Positions 54,101-64,000 of a stretch of 64,000 nucleotides of DNA are shown here, one piece after another; position 1 is the stretch's first letter; every line of letters starts with the position of its first letter. The stretch is from assembly GCA_964016885.1 (NCBI GenBank), contig OZ024741.1:334304001-334368000 (forward strand), given 5' to 3'. The notes under the pieces were generated by a model that saw only the letters and a list, made by a program, of their open reading frames with translations, was not told the origin of the DNA and searched no databases. Origin of the DNA: Eledone cirrhosa (taxonomy: Eukaryota). A program made the translations under genes and the position numbers.

Positions 54101-55479
54101 AGTTTCAACTGAGTGACATCAACTAAAAGTTTTGCTTGTTCACACTTCAACTCCAGCTTCAACCATTAACCAGTGCTAAAAACATTCTGGTGGAGAAAAG
54201 GAAATAATCTTATACTGATTCACTAATAAAAGTCTTTTAAGGTTGGAAACATTGAATAAAACTGTAAGTTTTATTTCTTTATATGGGCTTTTAAGTCATT
54301 AAAATTTTTTTATAATATTGTCACCCAGTACATGCTGTAAAGTGATTGGCAATAAGGGCATCCAATCTTAGAAAGCTTGCCAATCAAAAAGTTGAAAGGT
54401 CTCTTCAGCTGCATCAAAGACATGAAAACTTCCCTAGTACTGTTCTTGGTAGAGCATGAAATATATGTGTTAGCAAAATACAAGCCACCAGCTCATCTAA
54501 GAGGTTAGTAGTCCCACTTCAGTACTGACTTGATCTGTGAAGACTCATTCAAACCTTACAAGTAGGGAAAGTGGATATTAAATAATGATGATAACACAAT
54601 GCCTTCAAAACTGCCTCAAAACTCAATTCATATATTATGGTTTGTGTTAGGAAGGGCATCCTGCCCTAGAAACTAGGCCAAATTACATACCCATATGAGT
54701 ATGATGTAGTCTTCTGACATGACTTCGTCTAACCCATGCAAGCATGGAAAATGGACTTTAAACAAGGATGATGATGATATATATATATACACACACGTAC
54801 ATACACAAATTTATAAATCAAGCTTCTGCACAATTTCCATCATTTATATTTCCTTCACAAGGCATTCATCAACCTGTGACTATAGTGGTTATTGTCCAAG
54901 GCAAAATGGCAACCTTGAATGTTATGCTAGGGGACTGAACTCAGAATTATGTGGTTGTTAAGTAGAGGTTTTATTAAGATAAATTAATGTTGTTTTTTTT
55001 TGCTCTGTGAAACTTTCCACCTTTACTCTTTATTTTACCAACATACAAATTACACTGACAGAAAAAACAAATCAAAACAAAAATACATCTGTACCTAAGA
55101 TATATAAAACAGTGAAATATCAAAACACATAGACAACCCCTTAATCTGTGAAACAAATTTATTTTATAATTCTTTTATCTCATCTAGACACAATTTTAAT
55201 TCAACTGATAAAATATTCATTCCAATATCCATATATCTTTAATTTCTTACCTATTCTGTCTTATTTGACTTTTATTGGGTTTTTGTACCATACTTTTTAC
55301 AATTTTGAGGGTATTTTTCTCAGCTAGTTGCCTCCCCTCTCCCCCTCCTACCTACACCTTTCTATACCTCACGATATACCACCAGATGCAACTGACTCTC
55401 TTCTAGCTTACCTGCTGATCCATTACTTCCTCTCCCATGGTGGTATGATCCTCCTCACACCTCCATCAATGCCTCCCCT

Positions 55480-56120
55480 GTACAGGTGTCATGATAAAAT
55501 AGCACCCAGCCCATTCTGTAATAAAGAATAAAAGGGCAAAATTGACTGTAATAGTATTTTAACGCTGAGTGCCAAGACTAATATTTTAGAATATTTTGTC
55601 CAACATTCTAACAACTCTGCCAATTTGATGCCATGATAAAAATATCCAGTCCACACTGTAAGGTGATAGTGCTAGTAACATGACAAAAAGTACCTAGTCC
55701 TCCCTGCAAAGAGGTTATGTTGGTGACACAAAAATCACCTAGTCCACCTTTTAAAGTGTTCATGCTGGTGACATGACAAAATACACCCAGTCCACCCAGT
55801 AAAGTGGTGATGTTGGTGACACGGTAAAAGTCCTCAGCCTACCCTATAAAGTGGTTGTGCTGGTGACATGATGAAAAAGCACCCAGTCTACCATTTAAGG
55901 TCGTCATTTTGATGCCACGATAAAAAACACCCAGTCCAAACTGTAAATATGGTTGGCCTTAGGAAGAGCATCCAGCTTTAGAAACTAAACCAGAAACAGT
56001 TCTGTATGAGCAAATCACAGTCACCTGATCTGACTTGTCTCACAATGGAACAACTCATCTAACCTTTGCTAGCATGGAAAATGAACATTAAATGGTGATA
56101 ATGGTGATGATGATGATAAG
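55480..56120 (+). repeat. Family-B element with its internal 44-bp module expanded into an array
   Basis: About 8 units of GCTGGTGACATGACAAAA…ACCCAGTCCAC…AAAGTGG run into the family-B tail and (GAT)n. Confidence 0.7.
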
Positions 56121-56204
56121 ATGGTCATGGCTGTAACAGTTCTGATCAAAGATCTGTTTGCTCTATCAGAGCTGCCCAGGGTTAAACAACAGAAACAGCT
56201 ACAT

Positions 56205-57830
56205 CACATTACTACCACTCTTCTCTATCAACACTGTTACCACTACCATAATCACGATAAACACCACTACAACCAACCACTACCATCATCATCACAAACA
56301 TCCCAATCATCACCACCACCACCACTACCACAAACATCATCCTCACCACAACCATCACCACTATCACTACCATGACCACCACCACAACCATTATCACAAC
56401 CAACCACTGCCATCATCACCAAAACTATCAACCTCTTCACAATCACCACCACTACAACCAACCACTACCATCATCATCATCCCCACAACCATCACCACTA
56501 TCACTACCATCACCATCACCACCACCACAACCATCATTACAACCACCACCATCACCACCATAACCACTACCACAACCAACACCATTAGCATTATAATCAC
56601 TATCATCACCTCCACCACCATAACCACTGCCACAGCCAACACCACCATCACCACCACCACCGTTAGCATTATCATAACTATCATCACCATCACCACCTCC
56701 ATCACCATCACCACCTCCATCACCACCACCACCACACCATAACACTTAATTTGTCTATTGTTTTCCCAGTAATTACTCACTCATTGGAGAGTTCTTCATT
56801 TTTATGTTGTTTTCTGATTTTTTATTCATTGGTCAGATATTCCGCACACACACACACACATACAGACACACACACACACCACATTCTCTCTCTCTCTCTT
56901 TCTTTGTCTGTATAGATCACTTTTTTCTTCTCTCTGTCTCTCTCTGCACACAAGCATGCAATATTCATTCTCTCTCTCTCTCTCCCTCTCCCTCCCTCTC
57001 CCTCTCTCTCTTTCTCTCCTGTTCTCTCTTTCTCCTAACAGACCAACCCCTCCCCCCTCTCAATCCCGTACTCTCTCACTCTATCACTCTCACGCCCTCT
57101 TTCTCTCCCCAAAGACCAGCCCCCCTACCACTGCCCCTCTATACCCCCACACCTCTTTTCTCACCCATTGCCCCTCTATCTCTCCCTCTCACCCACTGCC
57201 CCTCTCACCCCCACATCCTACCTCACCCACTGTCCCTCTCACCCTCTCTCACTCTCTCTCTCATCCACTGCCCTCCCTCACACCTCCTCTCTCAATCTTT
57301 CTCTCACCCACTGCCCATCTATCCCTCCCCCACACCTCCTCTCTCACATACTGCCCCTCTCACCCTCCCTCACTCTCTCTCTCTCACTCTCTCACCCTCC
57401 CTCACTCTCTCACCCTCCACCCCACCCCCTCCCACCCCATCTCCAAACCAGTTAACTATAACTAAAGACACTATATACCAACAAGCAATGTTTCTCACTA
57501 ATTCTACCCAATTCTCCTTCCTTCTCTAACGAACCCCATTAATTGTTTACTATTCACTTCACTTTAATCATTGATATTTCTTTCCATATTTCTTTCACAT
57601 TTTCCTCTTCTTTATCATTTTATTTTATCTTATTCTATATATTTATTTATTTTATCTTATTTTATATATTTATTTTATTTTGTTTCATCTTATTTTTTCA
57701 TTTAATTTTATTTTATATTATTTTATTTTATTTTTTTATTTTATATATTTATTTATTACTTGTATTTCTAATTTATTTTATTTTATATATTTATTTATTT
57801 TATTTTATTTTGTAGATTGTATTTATTTAT
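56205..57830. repeat. Low-complexity block: (CAC/CAT)n, then CT-rich, then TTTTA-rich
   Basis: Seen directly. It explains the overlapping His/Thr, Ser/Pro/Leu and Phe/Tyr pseudo-ORFs. Confidence 0.9.
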
Positions 57831-58934
57831 TTGTTGTTAGTATTTCTAATTTATTCTTCTCATCAAATTAAAGAAAATTTAGACGATATATCTTAATTGG
57901 TGTCTTTTACTTCGTTTTCCATTCCATCCATCGCTATGGATACCTAATTTTATTTTACTCTCTCGATATTTTTTGTATATTTTTCATTAATTTTGTTTGT
58001 AAGTTTTTTTTTGTTTTTTTTTTGTAATTTTTTTTTGTTTTAATTCTTAATTCTTTCCTCAGCTTATATTTCTTTCGAAAGAAAGCAACAGTATTTCTTT
58101 TCTGTGTTGTTGATTTTGATTTGTTTTGTTGGAAGCAAAACACCAGAGACGAACAGTCGAGCAGCAGAGAATGTTGGAAAGAATGATACATGAGAATGGT
58201 CGGGTGGACAAGGGAGGGAAAGGAAGACAATGAATTGCGGAATAATTGAATGAGTTGGTTGGGTCATGTGCTGAGTAAGGATCCAAGTGACTGAGTGAGA
58301 TCATTATCACCATCATCATCATTGATTAACATCTATCCTTCACGCTAGCATGGGTTAGATGAGTTTGTCCCAATTAGAGGCAAGTTGGGTTGGGTGACTG
58401 TGTTACGCTCATATAAGAGATTTTCTGGCTGGTTTTCTACGGCTGGTTGCCCTTCCTAACGCCAACCACATTGATAGTGTGTGCTGGATGCTTTTGCTAT
58501 GTCTTTTACATGTCCACTTTACAGTGTGGGCTGGGTGTTTTGGGGCTGGTTTTCTATGGCTGGATGCCCTTCCTAACGCCAACAACATTTACAGTGTGTG
58601 CTGGGTACTTTTTGTCGTGACACCTACATGATTCAATGATGGGAATAGAGTCTATGATAAATGTTGTGAAGAGAAATGGAATGAGATGTTTGGGCCATGT
58701 GTTGAGAGAAGTAATAGAAATAAATGTGGAAGGCGGTAGAGAAAGAGGAAGACCAAGTATGGCATGGCCAAAAAAGATGAAAGAGTAAATGAAAGTCTGG
58801 TGAATGGGGGATGGAGGATCTATGATAAAGAAACATGGAGAAGCTTGTTATGGGGCCTTGCAAGGCTAACACTTGCTTTAACAGAGAAAATAATTCTTGT
58901 TGTTGTTGTTTTGTCTGTTGTTTTTCACCACATA

Positions 58935-60180
58935 TAGAGATGGTGCCTTTTTTATTCCCCACATATAATAGAAATGGTGCATTTCTTATTGCATATATAT
59001 AATAGAAATAGTACCTTTCTTATTGTACAGATATCATAGAGATGGTACCTTCCTTATTGTACATATATAATAGAAATAGTACCTTTCTTATTGTACATAT
59101 ATAATAGAAATGGTACCTTTCTTATTCCCCACATATAATAGAGATGGTACCTTTCTTATTCCCCACATATAATAGAGATGGTACCTTTCTTATTCCCCAC
59201 ATATAATAGAGATGGTACCTTTCTTATTCTCAACATATAATAGAGATGGTACCTTCCTTATTGTACATATATAATAGAAATGGTACCTTTCTTATTGTAT
59301 ACACTAGCAGATGTACCCGGCGTTGCTCGGGAAATGAATGACAGCCTGTTTGTCCGTATAAAGAGAGCCAAAGGTTGAGGAAAGAATTGAAATGTAATTG
59401 TAAAAAAAAGTTTAACAAAATGGGTGTACAGTGACATGATTGAGTGAAATAAACGGCAACATAAAAACAATTCATGGGGTAACTTGAGTTAATTGACGTA
59501 AATGATTTCAGGTCCGGCCTTGCTGTAGTAGGTATGAGTAAGAGGATAAAGATGGAATAGATGCACCGTATGTCCTTCAGTAGACTAAACCCTATGTGTA
59601 AGATGGTGCTGCCACTACCACGTTGACCATCCACTGGACATAGAAATATCATTCCTTGAAGCAACTATTCCCCCTCAACGCCTGAATACATGATGAGAAT
59701 GAGCAAAAAGGTTAAGTTAATCAAAACAAAGACACTGTTGCTGAGAATGCTCCTGCACGATTTTCAGAGGCCATAGCGAGTCAAACTGCTAGGTACACAA
59801 TTAGCCAATGAGAGGTCACCTCAATAGCACATGCCAAATCAGCCTAGTACTTCAAAAGTTAAAAGGAGCCTAGTATTTGTACACAGACAGATACACACAC
59901 AAAATTGATTTTTCGGCCCTAATATCGATTTTTTTTTCAAATTTGTTTGTGTCCAAAACCTGCTCTGGCATATAAGCAACATGTGTGCCAAATTTGGTTG
60001 AAATCGGCCTAGTACTTCAAAAGTTAAAAGGAGCCTAGTATTTGTACACAGACAGACACACAGACCGACTTGCTTTTATATATATAGATATAATAGAGAT
60101 GGTACCTTTCTTACTGCACCCAAAATAGATATCGTACCTTTCTTACTGCACCCACATATAGAGATACCTTCCTTATTGCT
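58935..60180. repeat. 34-bp minisatellite interrupted by a Helitron
   Basis: TATAATAGAGATGGTACCTTTCTTATTCCCCACA units at 58935-59303, resuming at 60089. Confidence 0.88.
59304..60088 (-). mobile_element. Non-autonomous Helitron
   Basis: The minus strand starts TC(TA)n and ends with the hairpin CCCGAGCAACGCCGGG then TACATCTGCTAG. It sits between A and T with no TSD. Confidence 0.88.
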
Positions 60181-60250
60181 CACAGACAAAATGCATATTT
60201 TCAATAAAAAGAAATTGAATATTTTATTAAATTGAAATGTCAATAAATAA

Positions 60251-60428
60251 AACTAATGTAAAGGATGATGTGTTCATGCACAGAGATGCTATAAAATAGC
60301 TTATAAATTAGGGTAAAGACCCTTGAAAGAGGGAAACTTCCTTTTCCCTCTTTCAAGGGTCTTCACCCTATTTTATAAGCTATTTTATAGTTTCTCTGCA
60401 CATAATCACATCATCCTTTGTATTAATT
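60251..60428. repeat. About 85-bp-arm fold-back (PLE end or MITE, unresolved)
   Basis: AAAGGATGATGTG…GACCCTTGAAAGAGGGAAA pairs with TTTCCCTCTTTCAAGGGTC…CACATCATCCTTT. Confidence 0.7.
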
Positions 60429-60829
60429 ACTTTTATACTATCAGCACTTCAAAGTCCAATCTCTCAGCTATATACATTATTTGATGAATAAATAACATAT
60501 TCAATGTGATTTGTGCCCAGTCTTTAGGGACACCCTGTATATAGAGAATAAAAAAATATAGTAACCATATGATAAACATATCTGAGATATATGGTAGAAC
60601 TGTCTTATTGTATGTATTACACTGAATCAGCAAAAACATGTTTGGTTGCGTGGCTAACAAATTTGTTTTTAGTCATCATAGGCTGAGGATATGTTTATTT
60701 CACTGAGCTTCACATGCCCAACTGCTGTGATATAGGGCATACAAAAACATCACTAGCTCACCAATCAATATCAAATTGCACACACACACAACATTATATC
60801 TTTTGACTTAATTCTCCTCCCTTCTCCCC

Positions 60830-61400
60830 TTTCCCTCATTCTGCTCATCACCCAGTTTCCTCCTCTTTCCTCTCATTACCTAATTTCCCCTTCTTTACCT
60901 CACATTATCAAATTTCCCCCTCTTTCCCCTCATCACCTATTTTCCCCTTCTTTACCTCCCATTACCAAATTTCCCCCTCTTTCCCCTCATCACCTATTTT
61001 CCCCTTCTTTACCTCCCATTACCAAATTTCCCCCTCTTTCCCCTCATCACCTATTTTCCCCTTCTTTACCTCCCATTACCAAATTTCCCCCTCTTTCCCC
61101 TCATCACCTATTTTCCCCTTCTTTACCTCCCATTACCAAATTTCCCCCTCTTTCCCCTCATCACCTATTTTCCCCTTCTTTACCTCCCATTACCAAATTT
61201 CCCCCTCTTTCCCCTCATCACCTATTTTCCCCTTCTTTACCTCCCATTACCAAATTTTCTCCCTGTTTCCCCTTATCACACAATTTCCTCCTCTTTACAT
61301 CCCATTACAACATTTTCCCTTCTTTCCCCCTCTCCCCCCTCATCACTGAATTTCCCCCTCTTTACCGTTCATCACCCAATTTTCCCCTCTTTCACCCTTT
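60830..61400. repeat. Pyrimidine-rich 57-bp (28+29) minisatellite
   Basis: About 6 exact copies of CCCCCTCTTTCCCCTCATCACCTATTTTCCCCTTCTTTACCTCCCATTACCAAATTT with degenerate flanks. Confidence 0.92.
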
Positions 61401-62209
61401 CTCTGTCATTTCATCTCTTTTAGTCTTTCTTGCCCACATTATCCTCGAGGTTAACTTTGCCTTTCATCCTTACGGGGGTCGATAAAATAAAGTACCAGTA
61501 ATGCACTGGGTAATTGCTGGCCTTGTGCCTAAAGTAGAAACAATTATCCTTCTTAACCTCCTTTCCCTCCTTATGTCACTTTACCCAACACTCCTACCTT
61601 TCTGCCCCTTCCCCTCTTTCCCTCCCTTTCACCGTCATTTTGTCTCTTTCAGTTTCTTTTGCCCTCTTTATCCTTCTTAACCCCTCTTCAAACCTCCTTG
61701 TTAGAATTGATCCCACATTGGTTTCCATGGTGAGTTATCAGTTGTTCAATCATGAATTAATGTCTAAAGATGGTTGAGTATTCCACAAACATTTGTATCC
61801 CTAATGCAATTTTCAGGCAGTTTCCGCACCACATTATGTCAATAAGCTAGACCTTTGAATTATAGGTTCAATCTATCTGACAGACTTCCACTCCACTCTG
61901 TTTTTACCACCCCAGTTTATAGTAAAGAGACTTGCCTAAGATATCACATAGTGGGATCCAATGTTATAGGAAAAAGACTTGCCTGAAATATCAAAGAGTA
62001 GGATCTAAGGTTGGGATCTAATGTTATAGTAAAGAGACTTGCCACAGAGGGATACATCCTGGGACCTCAATGAGTTCAAAACAAAACTTCATACCCACTT
62101 GACCATACCTGTATCCATCATTGTTGATATATAGAAGAAAAGTGGAAGAGCAGATTTAGACCTTAGAGGGCCTGGGGCAGTTCAGGTTTAGTGAGCCCTT
62201 CATATAACA

Positions 62210-62240
<31 letters not shown>

Positions 62241-63354
62241 GATATATATGTATGTATATAAATACATACATATAAGTAGAAAGAGAGAGATAGAGAGAAG
62301 AAAAGGCCCTGTTTGGAGAGTAGGTCTCTGTTTGATGGAGGAGGGATGGGCTGATAAATCCAGCCCTGGTGTGATGGACACAGCTGAAACCCCTTTAATC
62401 ATGAGTCAATTTAATCAGGACTGACCCGAGGCTGAACATCAACATCTACATTAACAGCAATCTACTATATGGAAGGGTGAAGATGAAATCATGGCTTAAT
62501 TATGATACTACAGAACAAAAGCAAATAGACTAGGAAATCGTAATTATTTCACAAGTATTACTTCATTATTAATTCATATAGATACTATTGATTTTAGAGC
62601 TGGTTTAATAGTTTGTACGCTGCTGAACTGTTATTGCAATAAAGATAGTTACATGTACCACAATGTATTTGTGTTGACAGTCATAGAATAATTGTAGTAC
62701 TAATACAGCTGATTAGAAGTGAATATGACAGCACATACAATATGTTTATGTATAATAGATGTGTGAGAGAAGTCAACAAGGAAAAATGACATGGTAGTAC
62801 AATGCAGCACATTTTGAATATCGAGTTTGTGTAGATGTCACGACAAAAAAAAAAATAAATAAATAAAAACACACACAGTCCACGCTGTAATGTGGCCATG
62901 TAGGTAACACGGTAAAAAGTTCCCAGTTCCACACTATAAATGTGGTTGGTGTTAGGAAGGGCATCCAGCCGTAGAAAACATGCTAGATAGTCTTATATGA
63001 GCGAGACACGGTCACCCGACCAGCCTTGCCTCATGTGGGACAACACCCATCTAACCCATGCTAGCGTGGAAAACGGACGTTAAACGAAGATGATGATGAT
63101 GATACTAGCCAAATTACCCATGCCTTGCTGCATTTCACACATTTTTTTTGTAAGAAAATGATGATTGATTTTAAATCAGTGATATAATTTATGGAGAAAA
63201 ACTCTGCATTTCAATATTACTCAATTGGATTGTCCAGTAAGACAACCTCTCTAGTGCTGGCACAAATAAAAGCACCCAGTCCATGCGGGTGTTAGGAAGG
63301 GCATCCAACCAGTATATATACTACTGCCAAAATTTATGAGCAAAACAAATGAGA

Positions 63355-64000
63355 TTTGCAACAACTGCGTAAACAGTAATAACACTAACCAAGTTAGGGC
63401 TGCGCACGGTAGTGGGGTGGCTGGTGCAGCCATATGCAAGAACCCCCGACCATCATCAAGCAATTGCACAACAACAACTGCGTAAACAGCAATAGCACTA
63501 ACCATGTTAGGGCTGCGCACGGTAGTGAGGTGGCTGGTGAGGCCATGTGCGAGAACCCCCGATCATCATCAAGCAATCGCACAACAGGAAAAAGAACAAG
63601 AATGTGAAGACGTCGCATCTCAGAGTTGCCACACTTAATGTTGGCACTCTAACAGGTAGATCTGGTGAGATAGTGGAGATGCTGGAGAGAAGGCATGTGG
63701 ATGTGTGCTGTGTGCAAGCGGTCAGATGGAGAGGTGCCTCTGCAAGACTAATCGCAGGCAAACATGTTAGTTATAAGCTTTTCTGGGTGGGTAATGATGA
63801 TGGGTTAGGTGGGGTAGGCATATTACTGGCTGAGAGGTGGATAAGACAATAAAGGTAGTTAGAGTTAGTAATAGAATAATCCGTTGGATGTGCAATGTCA
63901 ATATGCGTGAACAACCCAGCATGGATGTGTTGAGAGAGAAACTGTGTTTGAGAGGGATAGAATATAGTGTGCGAGAGAGGAGACTGCGGTGGTATGGACA
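63355..64000 (+). mobile_element. Internally deleted RTE-group LINE (endonuclease start fused to the C-terminus), runs off the right edge
   Basis: LRVATLNVGTL…DVCCVQ.VRWRG…GVGILL, then from about 63880 RWMCNVNMREQPSMDVLREKLCLRG…RLRWYG, matching 37795-37910. A duplication of about 115 bp lies upstream. Confidence 0.85.

Noticed and set aside
56121-57871. His/Thr-rich, Pro/Ser-rich and membrane-like ORFs
   Set aside because: Low-complexity trinucleotide and pyrimidine tracts that are open in several frames.
60251-60428. Hammerhead within this fold-back
   Set aside because: No CUGAnGA box with matching stems was found on either strand.

Overview
This is AT-rich, microsatellite-dense eukaryotic DNA, most likely from a coleoid cephalopod (octopus-like; inferred from the protocadherin style and the repeat content). 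It holds one host gene, a 6-EC protocadherin on the + strand. I reconstruct three phase-compatible coding exons (15122-17491, 47540-47699, 49253-49467; about 914 aa) around a 30-kb intron filled with transposons. The window opens with a 7.1-kb array of a 48-bp unit showing higher-order structure. The intron contains a nested stack: a near-intact RTE LINE with C2H2 fingers, an L1/Tx1 LINE inserted in its 5' (ATT)n tract, and a three-LTR Gypsy-type composite inserted in its 3' end. That composite has a tail-to-tail TTAA junction and a single 4-bp TSD. Across the window are two Penelope-like GIY-YIG remnants and six short fold-back elements, most with a one-sided tail and next to (TA)n, several carrying hammerhead ribozyme cores. 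Also present are two SINE-like families, a hAT MITE, a Helitron and several minisatellites. All calls are by eye; no database searches or folding programs were run.
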